A stretch of DNA of 64,000 bases from Candidatus Bathyarchaeota archaeon (lineage in GTDB: Archaea; Thermoproteota; Bathyarchaeia; Bathyarchaeales; Bathycorpusculaceae): NCBI GenBank assembly GCA_963833575.1, contig CAWHXY010000004.1, positions 768,001-832,000 of the forward strand, given 5' to 3'. The notes below the pieces were generated by a model. That model searched no databases and was not told the origin of the DNA. It worked only from the letters and a program-made list of their open reading frames with translations. Shown here one piece after another: positions 1 to 10,217 of the stretch. Positions within the stretch are counted from its first letter, which is position 1, and each line of letters starts with the position of its first letter. A program made the position numbers and the translations under genes.

Positions 1-2
1 TA

Positions 3-389
3 AGCAATGTTGGCTCAGTTGTCGGATCCACTGCTAACACAAAACTTGCATTAGGAGTACTGGCACCCACGTTCTCTTCAATAAAAAATCACCTAAAAAA
101 CATAGCAAGCGCGTGGGGAGCCTCATTTTTAATCTCCACCATTTTGGCGCTCATATCTCTAGCAATTAATCGCGTGTTTCCACTCTCAAGCTTGTTAAAT
201 TTTTTGGGGATAATTTGGATAGCTAATGTAATTGCCGTCATCGGAATAGTGCTAATATCCTATGGAATTTCAGTAGTTACCTTCAGAAGAGGCTTAAACC
301 CAGAAAACTTCGTGATTCCAATTGAAACCTCATTGTCAACAATAGTAACCTCAATAGCCTTGTTAGTAGCTTTGCTCTTTATTGGATAA
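3..389 (+). CDS. MgtE/SLC41-family Mg2+ transporter membrane domain (5' partial)
   Basis: Frame is open from the window start (SNVGSVVGSTANTKLALG...) and ends with the GLNPENFVIPIETS motif typical of MgtE membrane repeats; hydrophobic. Confidence 0.75.
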   Translation, partial: SNVGSVVGSTANTKLALGVLAPTFSSIKNHLKNIASAWGASFLISTILALISLAINRVFPLSSLLNFLGIIWIANVIAVIGIVLISYGISVVTFRRGLNPENFVIPIETSLSTIVTSIALLVALLFIG

Positions 390-446
390 TAGAAGAGTAC
401 AATTAAATAACTAAAAGACAATATTATTTTGGAGCGACCTTAAGGG

Positions 447-1643
447 ATGCCTAAATTTGAAAAAATACAATACAAACCTATCCCCGTTAGAGAGCTTTTG
501 CTTGAAATGAAAAATCTTTCCGAACTTATGATTGATTTAGCTTATTCTTCGGCTTTATACAATGATAAAGATCTTGCTGAAGACGTTCTTGCGCTTGAAA
601 GCCGTGTAGATACCTTAGCATATCTTTTAGATATGGAAATAATGGTTGCTTCACGAGACCCCAGAGACGCAGAAGCTATGGTAGGAATTTCCAGGGTGGC
701 TTCTGCTACGGACAAGATTTCAGACGCTGCCGCTGATATAGCAGCTATAGTAACTCGCAATATCGGCATCCACCCAATAGTTGGCGAAATCTTCGAAAAA
801 GTAGAAGAACGTATAATGAAAGTAACTGTTAAACCCAATTCTGTGATCGCTAAACAAAGAATAGATGAATTGAACTTAGCAGCAAGAATGGGCGTTGACA
901 TTATTGCTATTCGAAGAAACAACGATTGGATACTTAATCCTAAGAAAACTGAAAAAGTGTTTCAGGGAGATATCTTAATCACTCGTGGAGCAGCCTCAGG
1001 AATCGAAGAGTTTAAAGATTTGGCCGAAGGTGAACTTGCAAAACTAAACACTGAACAACGTGCCAAATTTGAGGAAATAGTTTCCAGATTTGTGGAACTC
1101 AAAGATACATCTGAAGTAATGTTAGACTTGGCTTACTCTTCTCTACTGCTAAATAGCAAGGAACTGGCTGAAGAAGTCGAGCGCCTGGAAGAACGCATGG
1201 ATCAATTACACACTGCTTTTGAATTGCTTGCGTTAACAAGTGATTTTAAAAAAGAAGAAGCCTCAGGTTTTCTAGGTTTGATTCGGCTGGGTGTTGCAAC
1301 TGAAAAAATCGCTGATGCCGCTGCCGATATGGCTGAAGTAGTTCTAAGAGGAATCGAGCCACATCCAATTTTAAAATTAACAATTACGGAAGCTGAAGAA
1401 ACAGTTGCCCAAGCATGTGTCACTGCAGAGTCTCCGCTTGTAAACAAAACATTGAAAGAAGCACGTGTACATGAAGAAACTGGTATGTGGATTTTAGTCA
1501 TTAAAAGAGGCGAAAAATGCCTTCGTCCTAAAGCGGATTCAAAAATCCAAAACGGTGATGTATTAGTCGCTTCAGGATATGCCGAAGGTGCAGATGACTT
1601 GAAAAAGCTAGCATCTCCTTCTCAAACCTGCGCTGTCGAGTAG
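447..1643 (+). CDS. Tandem PhoU + TrkA-C (RCK_C) domain protein, ion-transport regulator
   Basis: Two internal repeats (ELxDxSExMxDLAYSS...; IIAIRR / ILVIKRG followed by GDIL/GDVL); adjacent to the MgtE-like gene. Confidence 0.8.
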   Translation: MPKFEKIQYKPIPVRELLLEMKNLSELMIDLAYSSALYNDKDLAEDVLALESRVDTLAYLLDMEIMVASRDPRDAEAMVGISRVASATDKISDAAADIAAIVTRNIGIHPIVGEIFEKVEERIMKVTVKPNSVIAKQRIDELNLAARMGVDIIAIRRNNDWILNPKKTEKVFQGDILITRGAASGIEEFKDLAEGELAKLNTEQRAKFEEIVSRFVELKDTSEVMLDLAYSSLLLNSKELAEEVERLEERMDQLHTAFELLALTSDFKKEEASGFLGLIRLGVATEKIADAAADMAEVVLRGIEPHPILKLTITEAEETVAQACVTAESPLVNKTLKEARVHEETGMWILVIKRGEKCLRPKADSKIQNGDVLVASGYAEGADDLKKLASPSQTCAVE

Positions 1644-1846
1644 TCAATAGCTTAATTTCAGATCCATTAAAACTATAAAGAAGTTGCACCTTAGCGAAAT
1701 ACTAAGCAAAGCATAATTTAATTAATGTGATGCGAGAGGAAAAAGAACGTTTTTACAAGGTCTATTTTAGATAGTTGCTGTATGAATTTTGGATTCTTAA
1801 CGGGTATATCTAAGTAGCTGGTAATGGGTTCTAATGGAGACAGTAG

Positions 1847-2182
1847 AGAACGTTTACCTGCTCTAACCCTTCATGCAAGAAAACTTTCGATACGCCACTT
1901 AAAACCTTAAATCTAAATCAGGATCCAGCTGAGCCATTTGACGCTTGCCCATATTGTTTAACTAAAATATCAGACACAAAAACAGAAAGGAATAACGAAC
2001 CTGACAAAACAACTATTAAGTCAACACTTCATAAAGAAAAATTAACCCAAAAGAAAGAAAAACCTATCACTTGTCACTATCACTTCGGCTACTTAAGCGA
2101 ACGTGAGAAGAAAGAGCAAATACCTGACGATTGCATTATTTGCAAGGACATTCTTGAATGCATGCTGAGAAAAATGAGATAA
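1847..2182 (+). CDS. Cys-rich putative zinc-binding protein lacking an in-frame ATG/GTG/TTG start (frameshifted or non-canonical start)
   Basis: Open frame RTFTCSNPSCKKTF...ACPYC...CHYHFGYL...DCIICKDILECM; nearby ATG at 1834 is out of frame; missed by the ORF track. Confidence 0.55.
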   Translation, partial: RTFTCSNPSCKKTFDTPLKTLNLNQDPAEPFDACPYCLTKISDTKTERNNEPDKTTIKSTLHKEKLTQKKEKPITCHYHFGYLSEREKKEQIPDDCIICKDILECMLRKMR

Positions 2183-2254
2183 CGAATTAACAAAATGTGT
2201 TGATATTAATAAATAAAAAAATTAAAGAATTAAAATAGAAAGAAATTATTTGAA

Positions 2255-2602
2255 TTATTTCTTTTTCTTAGGTGCAGTTTTGTCTTCGGTGGCAGGCATT
2301 TCGGTTTGTTTAGCTGGCTCTTCTGCTTTTGGTTCTTCTTTCTTCTCTTCAATCTCAGTTGTAATCTCTTCGATTGGTTTTGGAGGCGGTGTTGTTGCCA
2401 TTGTCCATCCGATCCAAGCACCAATTGCTAATATAGCGATGAATGCTATGGAAACGAGAATCAATACTGCATCTAGTCTAACAGTAGTTGGATCCCATCC
2501 GAACAGCTGTTTAGGAATTCCAACAAGAAGGACAAAGCCTACAGCGACTATAACGCATACGGCCAGTATTGCTCCACCTATTCCTTGATCTTTGCTAACC
2601 AT
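2255..2602 (-). CDS. Small two-TM membrane protein with charged C-terminal tail
   Basis: Two hydrophobic segments, WIGWTMATTPPPKPIEE motif, E/K-rich tail. Confidence 0.75.
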   Translation of the reverse strand: MVSKDQGIGGAILAVCVIVAVGFVLLVGIPKQLFGWDPTTVRLDAVLILVSIAFIAILAIGAWIGWTMATTPPPKPIEEITTEIEEKKEEPKAEEPAKQTEMPATEDKTAPKKKK

Positions 2603-2676
2603 TTAAGTCACCACTTTATAGCCATGTACTATCTCAGACAATTTAAAGTTTGTCATGGTTTTAAGCGTACCCTTGA

Positions 2677-3933
2677 TTATGTAGTTCCCATTTCCCAAGT
2701 TGATAAGTACTTTTTCTGTTCAGCGGTGAGCTCATCGATTTTTATACCCATAGATTTTAATTTTAATTCAGCAACTTTCTCGTCAATTTCTTTAGGCACG
2801 CAGTAAACTTTGGTTTGAAGTTTTTCAGATTTAGCTATAAATTCAGAGCTAAGGGCTTGGTTTGCAAAGGACATATCCATGACTTCTGAGGGGTGCCCTT
2901 CCGCCGCGGCTAAATTGACCAGCCTTCCTTCGGCAAGCAGGTATAGTTTTCTGCCATCATTTAGTGAATATTCTTCCATGTTTGGTCGAATCGTCCGTTT
3001 GCCTTTGGAAAGCGATTCTAAGTCAGGAATACTAATTTCTACGTTGAAGTGGCCACTATTGCACATGATGGCGCCGTCCTTCATTTTTTGCATGTGCTCC
3101 TTGCGGATGACATTAAGGTCGCCAGTTGCAGTTACAAAGATATCACCAATAGCTGCAGCTTCAGACATCGGCATAACACGAAGACCATTCATGGCTGCTT
3201 CTAACGCGCGAGTCGGTTGAACCTCGGTGACTATTACGTTTGCGCCCATACCTTGCGCCCGCATAGCTATGCCTCGGCTGCACCATCCGTATCCTCCGAC
3301 GACAAAGTTTTTACCTGCGATCAAAACTGAAGTTGCACGAAGTATTCCGTCCATGGTACTTTGACCTGTTCCGTAGCGGTTGTCGAAAAGGTATTTGGTA
3401 TATGCATCGTTGACGGCTACTATGGGGTATTTGAGGCTACCATCTTGTTCCATGGCTCTTAGGCGTATGACTCCAGTTGTTGTTTCTTCGGTTCCGCCTT
3501 TAAGATCTTTTATCTGTTTTTGGCGTTTACTGTGCAATGTTCCTACTAAGTCTGCGCCATCGTCAAGGGTAATTGTTGGCTTGTAGTCAAGGACTTTGTC
3601 TATACATTGGTAGTATTCTTCGGTATTTTGTCCTCTCCAGGCGAAAACATGCACGCCACTATCTGCTAACGCGGCAGCGACATCGTCCTGGGTTGAAAGA
3701 GGGTTAGATCCGCAGAGTGCAATTTCTGCGCCTCCAGCGATCAATGCTTTTATCAGAACTGCCGTTTCCTTCGTTACGTGTAGGCAGGCGGCTAAAGTTT
3801 GGCCTTTAAGTGGTTTTTCTTTTTCAAAACGATTTTTGATGATGTTGAGGACGGGCATGTGCTTTGCTGCCCATTCAATTTGTAAGTGACCTTGAGGGGC
3901 TAGACTTTTATCTTTAACTTGGAATTTTTCCAT
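2677..3933 (-). CDS. ahcY: Adenosylhomocysteinase
   Basis: [33 protein letters not shown] and [11 protein letters not shown] motifs. Confidence 0.97.
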   Translation of the reverse strand: MEKFQVKDKSLAPQGHLQIEWAAKHMPVLNIIKNRFEKEKPLKGQTLAACLHVTKETAVLIKALIAGGAEIALCGSNPLSTQDDVAAALADSGVHVFAWRGQNTEEYYQCIDKVLDYKPTITLDDGADLVGTLHSKRQKQIKDLKGGTEETTTGVIRLRAMEQDGSLKYPIVAVNDAYTKYLFDNRYGTGQSTMDGILRATSVLIAGKNFVVGGYGWCSRGIAMRAQGMGANVIVTEVQPTRALEAAMNGLRVMPMSEAAAIGDIFVTATGDLNVIRKEHMQKMKDGAIMCNSGHFNVEISIPDLESLSKGKRTIRPNMEEYSLNDGRKLYLLAEGRLVNLAAAEGHPSEVMDMSFANQALSSEFIAKSEKLQTKVYCVPKEIDEKVAELKLKSMGIKIDELTAEQKKYLSTWEMGTT

Positions 3934-4091
3934 TAATACTCCTCTTTTTAGGAAGAATATACCGTCTTCCTATTTAGAATTTGCTTTATTCTTGCTATTA
4001 TAAATCAAGCAGCAACTTGAAAGCGCAATTAATCGTCTGGAAAAAGTTTAATTACGCCATATCCAAAAGCTAACTGGACGAGGGTGTACAG

Positions 4092-4697
4092 TTGAAAGAA
4101 CCTTTTACCAAGTTCATTAAAGCCAACCTAGAAACCAAAACGTTACTAATTACATGCGGGTTACCAGGAACATGGAAAACAGAGACCGCGGAAGAAGTTT
4201 CAAAAATCAAAGGATACCCAATTCTCAGAAGCGACATAATCCGGTTAGAAGTACTTAAAAACGAAGATGTTTTTGATCCTAAAGTTGCTGGAAACATGAA
4301 CAAACGTATGTCAGTTTATGATGAAGTTTTCCGTCGAGCAGATGAACTTGCAGGAAAAAATGATGCAGGCATTATTTTAGACGCTACTTTTGTCACACAA
4401 GAATTACGGCTTCGCGCGGCTGAAGTTGCAGCTAAGCACAATATGAACTTTGTAATTATGCAGACAAATTGCCCACAAGAAGTGTCAGTTGCAAGAATTG
4501 AGAGAAGAACCAAAGAGAAGTACGAATCTAATGCGTTAACTGCAGATGCATATCTTGCTAACAAGAAAAAATTTGAACCAGTAGACATTGAAGCCGTTAA
4601 GAAAAATTATCCGAAACTCAACATAATTCATTTAACAGTCGACACCTGCCGAGATAACGCAGAAGATTGGCAAATTATAGGGATAGAAAAAAAGTAG
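4092..4697 (+). CDS. AAA_33-type P-loop kinase
   Basis: GLPGTWKT Walker A variant, LRSDIIR and ILDATF motifs. Confidence 0.75.
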   Translation: MKEPFTKFIKANLETKTLLITCGLPGTWKTETAEEVSKIKGYPILRSDIIRLEVLKNEDVFDPKVAGNMNKRMSVYDEVFRRADELAGKNDAGIILDATFVTQELRLRAAEVAAKHNMNFVIMQTNCPQEVSVARIERRTKEKYESNALTADAYLANKKKFEPVDIEAVKKNYPKLNIIHLTVDTCRDNAEDWQIIGIEKK

Positions 4698-4714
4698 CTG
4701 GACACCGTTCTAAA

Positions 4715-5596
4715 ATGATTATTGACTTACATATTCACTCTAAAGAGTCAGACGGCAAACTAACAGTCAAAGAAATATTCAAAGAAGCAAAAAAAAGAAA
4801 ACTGAACCTAATGGCAATTACAGATCATGATTCTATTATCTGCCAAACCCAAGCTATAGCTGCAGCAAAAAAACACCAAATTAGATACATTAGTGGCGTT
4901 GAGTTAAACGTAACTTTCTCACACCCAAAGTATCATGAAGGGAAAGCCGTTTCGCTTGATTTCTTAGGCTATCAATTCGATCCTAACAATAAAGAGCTAA
5001 ATAGCAAATTGGAAACCGTAGCGAAATATCGGGTGGAAAGAGCGGCAAAAATCCTCAACAACCTAAATGCAGAATTTAGAAAAGAAAACATATCTGCATT
5101 AACTGATAAGGATTTTAGAATGATTGAAGAATCAGTTGACGGAGTGCTTGGCAGACCCCACATTGCAGATTATTTAGTCAAGAAAAACATTGTTAAATCG
5201 CGCCAGGAAGCCTTCGATAAATACCTTGTAAGATGCGATGTTCCAAAATACCCGCTTTATTTGGAAGAAGCATCAAAACTAATCAGAGGCGCTGGCGGAA
5301 AACTGGTTTTGGCTCATCCCAACGATCCTCACGGAACTTCGTTGGCTGCATTGTCTAAATCATTATTTGACCAAACCGAAATTATTCAAGAAAAAATGTT
5401 TCCTTTCATTGACGGTGTTGAATGTTGGCATTCACGAAATGATGTTGAAACAACAAATCACTACGTTACATTTGCAAAGAATCATGGGCTAATGATGACT
5501 GGCGGAAGTGATTGCCATCAAAAACCAATTCTAATGGGCACAGTTCAAATTCCAGATTGGGTAGCAAACCAATTTGATCACCAGATAGTTCATTAA
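4715..5596 (+). CDS. PHP-domain metal-dependent phosphoesterase (TrpH-like)
   Basis: DLHIHS, AITDHD, GVEL, LAHP and GGSDCH motifs; ATG at 4715 preferred over the track start. Confidence 0.9.
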   Translation: MIIDLHIHSKESDGKLTVKEIFKEAKKRKLNLMAITDHDSIICQTQAIAAAKKHQIRYISGVELNVTFSHPKYHEGKAVSLDFLGYQFDPNNKELNSKLETVAKYRVERAAKILNNLNAEFRKENISALTDKDFRMIEESVDGVLGRPHIADYLVKKNIVKSRQEAFDKYLVRCDVPKYPLYLEEASKLIRGAGGKLVLAHPNDPHGTSLAALSKSLFDQTEIIQEKMFPFIDGVECWHSRNDVETTNHYVTFAKNHGLMMTGGSDCHQKPILMGTVQIPDWVANQFDHQIVH

Positions 5597-6645
5597 AATT
5601 CTTTTGCGTAGGTGGCAGCTAATTTGAAGTATGCTTGAGCCTCTTTCACAGCTAGTTTCTTTTCATCAGCGTCAACGTTTGGGTCGTCGAGTTTGAAGCT
5701 GATAACTTTGCCTCGTACATATGCTCTGTAACACTTGTAGAATGGAAGAACCTGCACCAACTCACGATCTTTGGAATATAGTACATATCTATCGATAAAG
5801 TAATCTGATAAGTTATGACTCTCTTGAAAGTCCAGATCCATTGCTAAAAAGGCGACATCTGAGGCTACATCCGAGTACCTAAAACGATCATTAAACTCTA
5901 TCGCATCAAAAATACAAATCGGATCTGTAATGAATATGTTTCCTGAGTGCATGTCGCCATGGCAGTCTTTAATTTTATTGTTTATTACTCTGCTTTCAAA
6001 AAGCCAATGCTTTTGATTCATAAATTCAAAAATTTTATTTTGAATAAATTGGAAATCAATTTGTGAGATCGTTTGATTGGTGTACTTTATGGTCTGAGCG
6101 AAATTTTCATCCCAATTAATCTTAATAGTTTTAAGAGAGCCATACTCGTTAATGTCGCCACTAGTTTGCGCTTTAGAATGGAATTGCACAATAATCTTTG
6201 CTATATCGTCGATTGTCTTCTCGTCAACTTTATTCTCTTTAAGAAGAACCGTCATTATTCTTTCCTGAGGAAGACGCTTCATTTTTAAAGCATACTCAAC
6301 TGATTCACCATCACCGTTTATCTTAATAATGTCTGATTTCTTGGTAATAGGAACCACTTCAAGGTACACGTCTGAACAGAGTCTTCTATTGAGCTCTAAC
6401 TCTTTCTCGCAAAAGAAATGTCTTCTTTCAAGGGTAGAGAAATCTAAAAATCCAAAATTCACTGCTTTCTTTACCTTATAAACAAAATTCTCAGTGAGAA
6501 AAACAAAGGAAATATGGGTTTGAATTAATCCAATTTCGCCGGGGTTTTCAGGGTAAGCTTCTGGTTTTAGAAGGGCGTCAACTACTTGTTTTTGGATGTG
6601 CATATTATTCTTCCTGAATATGTAATCTTGTGAATTTGATCCCAA
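5593..6645 (-). CDS. Aminoglycoside-phosphotransferase-like kinase (uncharacterised family)
   Basis: QTHISFVFL, YKVKK, DCHGDMHSGNI, FDAIEFN and YKCYRAYVRGKV motifs; true start may be ~6603. Confidence 0.85.
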   Translation of the reverse strand: MGSNSQDYIFRKNNMHIQKQVVDALLKPEAYPENPGEIGLIQTHISFVFLTENFVYKVKKAVNFGFLDFSTLERRHFFCEKELELNRRLCSDVYLEVVPITKKSDIIKINGDGESVEYALKMKRLPQERIMTVLLKENKVDEKTIDDIAKIIVQFHSKAQTSGDINEYGSLKTIKINWDENFAQTIKYTNQTISQIDFQFIQNKIFEFMNQKHWLFESRVINNKIKDCHGDMHSGNIFITDPICIFDAIEFNDRFRYSDVASDVAFLAMDLDFQESHNLSDYFIDRYVLYSKDRELVQVLPFYKCYRAYVRGKVISFKLDDPNVDADEKKLAVKEAQAYFKLAATYAKEF

Positions 6646-6718
6646 TAAATATACGGTATATTTTTTGTTAATAATGGTTAACTAAAGAAACGTCTGAAGA
6701 AAAAAATCAGACTATATG

Positions 6719-7354
6719 TCAAAGTGCTTTGAAAGTTGTTACGAAAGCTAATACTTCATCGGTCTGCTTTTTTGAAATATGTTTGTTATTATACAGTGAC
6801 TCTGCTAGTTCAGAAACTTTTGCTAAAGCGTGTACTTTGAAACCTAACTTTTCTAATTTTTCTTTTCCACCCTGCTCACGGTTGACAACAACTAGTAAAT
6901 GCTTAACAATGCCACCTAGCTCTTGCAACGGCTTGATTCCTTCAACTTTAGATAAGCCTTCGCTTATGACATCATCAAAAAATAGGATATTATCACCTTT
7001 TGCAACATCTGCACCGGCAATTCTACCAGTGACACCATAAGCCTTCTCCTCCTTTCTAACTATAATGCAAGGCAAATTTACTTGAGCAGCGATACTTGGA
7101 ATTATCAACGCACCTTTAAGTTCGATCGAAGCCAATTTGTCTATTTTATCAGAAACCATTATTTGCCTAACTTGTTTAGCCGCAACCTCGGCGACAACAC
7201 ATAATTGTGTTGGGGAGGAAAGCAAACGAGCAAGATCAATATAGTAAGGACTGATAGCGCCAGATTTGATTTTGAAGCTGCCAAACTTCAAGCACCCTGA
7301 TAAGTAGAGAGCATTCGCAACTTTGTCTGTAATGTTTGACATTTGAATATCCAT
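6719..7354 (-). CDS. pyrE: Orotate phosphoribosyltransferase
   Basis: FGSFKIKSGAISPYYID, RKEEKAYG and PRPP-binding FFDDVISEG. Confidence 0.85.
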   Translation of the reverse strand: MDIQMSNITDKVANALYLSGCLKFGSFKIKSGAISPYYIDLARLLSSPTQLCVVAEVAAKQVRQIMVSDKIDKLASIELKGALIIPSIAAQVNLPCIIVRKEEKAYGVTGRIAGADVAKGDNILFFDDVISEGLSKVEGIKPLQELGGIVKHLLVVVNREQGGKEKLEKLGFKVHALAKVSELAESLYNNKHISKKQTDEVLAFVTTFKAL

Positions 7355-7395
7355 ATTGTGATTGTAAAATAGGAAATTTAACCCTTTACAATCAA

Positions 7396-8370
7396 TTAAA
7401 CGACAAGATCGGCCATGTCTACACTACGTTCGTAAATTTGTCTAAGGAAAGAAACCGCTGCCAATAGCTGCGGCATCAAATCAATAGAAGAATCTTTTGC
7501 GACCCGCTCAATGTTTGAGTATGTGGCATCTATTCTTGTTCTTAGGTTACGTACATTTTCGGCTAATGAGATGTCTTTGGTTATAAAGGATTTTAGTGCC
7601 TGTTCATTGGCTCTACAGCAAGCTTCCTGTAAATCAAGCAGCAACTTTTGCAATTCGCTAGACATCTTCACGCCATTAAGCGCTATTGTTTTTGAAGCTA
7701 CCTGCACGCTTGCATCGCCTATTCCTTCAATCAAACTTGCGGCTAAACGATAATCCAAACATTCTATTGGAGTAATCCCTAGTTTCTCGCTTAAACGCGG
7801 ATTTTGAATAATTGTTCGAAGAATTCTTACCAGCAAAAAATACAATTTATTACTTTCAGAATCTCGCTCGATCACATTCTTAGCTAACTCTACGTCGCCA
7901 TAAACAAATGAGTTGGCAGCATCACGAGTCATTCCTGCCACAATGGCATATGTTCGATGCAGGATTTTTTCTGGTATAAATCCAGATGGCTGCTGCATCA
8001 AAGTTTGGAGGGAAATCTTTGAGCTGGTTTCCTCCACAATCTCTAAACCAACCAAAGAACTTGCAGTTGACTTAACTACTTTTCTTGCAGCGGAATCAAT
8101 CCTATCCTTTGCTTCAATATCGATAATGTCGTAGCCTAGAAGATAGCGTCCAACAATTTCTCGACCTAGGTAAGGACCTACAGTTAGAGAAGTAATTCGG
8201 GGCGGGGATTCAACATTATTAGAAGGGTCCACAATGAGTTTGCCATCACTAGTTACATCCAAGCTTACCAAATCGCCTTTTTTCAAACCACTCTTGTTAG
8301 CCCAATCTCTAGGTACGCAAACAAAAAAAGTCCCAGTTGGCGTTTGTTGAACTTTTCGTGATTCACTCAT
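7396..8370 (-). CDS. AbrB-PhoU phosphate-uptake regulator
   Basis: N-terminal RKVQ..TGTFFVCVPRDW AbrB motif, YLLGYD, GLEIVEE, then PhoU helices. Confidence 0.88.
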   Translation of the reverse strand: MSESRKVQQTPTGTFFVCVPRDWANKSGLKKGDLVSLDVTSDGKLIVDPSNNVESPPRITSLTVGPYLGREIVGRYLLGYDIIDIEAKDRIDSAARKVVKSTASSLVGLEIVEETSSKISLQTLMQQPSGFIPEKILHRTYAIVAGMTRDAANSFVYGDVELAKNVIERDSESNKLYFLLVRILRTIIQNPRLSEKLGITPIECLDYRLAASLIEGIGDASVQVASKTIALNGVKMSSELQKLLLDLQEACCRANEQALKSFITKDISLAENVRNLRTRIDATYSNIERVAKDSSIDLMPQLLAAVSFLRQIYERSVDMADLVV

Positions 8371-8393
8371 AAGTCTTGCACCAATCTAGATAT

Positions 8394-8414
8394 AACGTAT
8401 CTAAACTATACGTT
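8394..8414. promoter_or_regulatory. Inverted repeat AACGTAT-N7-ATACGTT, candidate operator of the AbrB-PhoU gene
   Basis: Perfect 7-bp inverted repeat between the minus-strand TATA (8417-8425) and the start codon. Confidence 0.45.
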
Positions 8415-8626
8415 GCTTATATAAATTAAATTAAGTTTGAATAGTTAACGTTAATGAGTAATTAAACAAAAGCAGTGTGCAATCAACCCTATATTAAACT
8501 AATTAAGGAGTTCGGAGCGGTTCAAAAGGCTAAATCACAAACAAAAAATAGCAAACAAAGCAAAAACATAAAAGCTTAGGCACAAAAGCATGACCCAAAG
8601 CAACTGGTTAAAAAGACAAGATCAAA

Positions 8627-10201
8627 ATGAGCGCACAAGAAAAACTACAAAAAGCAATCGAGACGACAATCGCAGCGGGGTACCAACTAAATAGCGAAGC
8701 TTTTGAATTCTTAAGCCAAAACTCAGACACCAACGATCCAGTTGACATTATGAATTCTGCACTTCTAAAGCTCCAAGATCTTGAAGAAAAACCGTTTTTT
8801 ATTGACAGAGTTTTCTTGGAAAGCTTATCGCAACAGCTAACCGCTTCCGTTGTCGAAACACAAACAGAACCTCAGAATCAAAAAGTCGTAGATCCACCAT
8901 TTACGCAGCAATTAAATCAAGGCAAGATTGATGAAAGCACCATTTTTTATCCATATGCGAGAGACATAAAATCATGTCTCAATATCCTCGAAGATGCTAC
9001 AGGTAAACTTAGTTCAAATGGAACATTGGAAGAATACGTACAATATTTTCAAGACAGGTTCAGAAGAATAGAGCATTTACTAAGGCAAAGAATCGATGTT
9101 AGATCTGCAACCTCAATTCTTGAAGCACTAAAATCTCCTGCCAAAACAAAACTCAAAATAATTTGTATGATAACAGAAAAAAGGGACTCAAAAAACCAAA
9201 TGATATTGTCTGTTGAAGATCTGCAAGGAACTGCAACAGTATTGGTTCCTCAAAAAGCCCAAGACGATGTACGCAAAAAAGCCCTCCTTCTTTTGCCAGA
9301 TCAAGTAGTATGCTTGGCTCTGATAAAGACAAGAACTAATCTTTTCCTAGCTGAAGACATTATTTTTCCAGAAATAGGCAAAAGACCTCCACAGAGAGCT
9401 AACGAGCCTGTATATGCTGTCTTAACGTCAGATCTTCATATTGGAAGCAACAAGTTTGAAAAAGAAGCATTCAAACGATTCATTCTGTGGCTCAGGGGCA
9501 AATATGGAACCGACCAAATGAGAGAAATGGCTGGCAGGGTCAAGTATGTCTTAATTGCAGGTGACATTGTCGACGGAGTAGGAGTTTACCCCAACCAAGC
9601 AAAAGAATTATCAATCCGTGATGTTCACAAACAATACGATTTTGCCGCTAAATATTTACATAAGATCCCAGATTATATAGAAATAGTAATTTCTCCTGGC
9701 AACCATGATGCTTCACGCAAAGCGTTGCCTCAGCCTGCCATACCTGAAGGCTACTTAACTGGAATACAAGGCAAAAAGAACATTCACTCAGTTGGAAGCC
9801 CCTGCCTTTTGAGTTTACACGGCGTTGAAGTTTTAATGTATCATGGCAGAAGCTTAGATGATATAGTTGCGGTTATACCTGGAATGGACCATGCGCACCC
9901 AGAAAAATCAATGAAGCTGCTTATGCAAAGCCGCCATTTAGCACCAGTTTATGGTGGAAAAACTTTGCTTTCTCCAGAAAACCGCGATTACTTAGTCATT
10001 GATAGAGTACCTGATATTTTTCATGCCGGGCATATCCATGTATTAGGTTACCTCAATTATCGTGGAGTGCTGGTTGTAAATTCTGGAGGTTGGCAACAAC
10101 AGACAGATTACATGGAAAAATTAGGGTTGGTTCCAACGCCGGGAAAAGTTCCAGTGGTTAACCTCCAGACATTAGAGATAACGGTTCTTTCATTCCTCTA
10201 A
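8627..10201 (+). CDS. polB: DNA polymerase D small (exonuclease) subunit DP1
   Basis: SDLHIGS, AGDIVDGVGVYPNQ, PGNHD, HGRSLDD, RHLAP and HAGHIH motifs. Confidence 0.95.
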   Translation: MSAQEKLQKAIETTIAAGYQLNSEAFEFLSQNSDTNDPVDIMNSALLKLQDLEEKPFFIDRVFLESLSQQLTASVVETQTEPQNQKVVDPPFTQQLNQGKIDESTIFYPYARDIKSCLNILEDATGKLSSNGTLEEYVQYFQDRFRRIEHLLRQRIDVRSATSILEALKSPAKTKLKIICMITEKRDSKNQMILSVEDLQGTATVLVPQKAQDDVRKKALLLLPDQVVCLALIKTRTNLFLAEDIIFPEIGKRPPQRANEPVYAVLTSDLHIGSNKFEKEAFKRFILWLRGKYGTDQMREMAGRVKYVLIAGDIVDGVGVYPNQAKELSIRDVHKQYDFAAKYLHKIPDYIEIVISPGNHDASRKALPQPAIPEGYLTGIQGKKNIHSVGSPCLLSLHGVEVLMYHGRSLDDIVAVIPGMDHAHPEKSMKLLMQSRHLAPVYGGKTLLSPENRDYLVIDRVPDIFHAGHIHVLGYLNYRGVLVVNSGGWQQQTDYMEKLGLVPTPGKVPVVNLQTLEITVLSFL

Positions 10202-10217
10202 AGTATTTTCAACTAAA

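Noticed and set aside
542-1501. Antisense shadow ORFs (also 47355-47993, 60700-61224, 26395-26829 and others)
   Set aside because: They lie opposite well-supported genes and show no motifs
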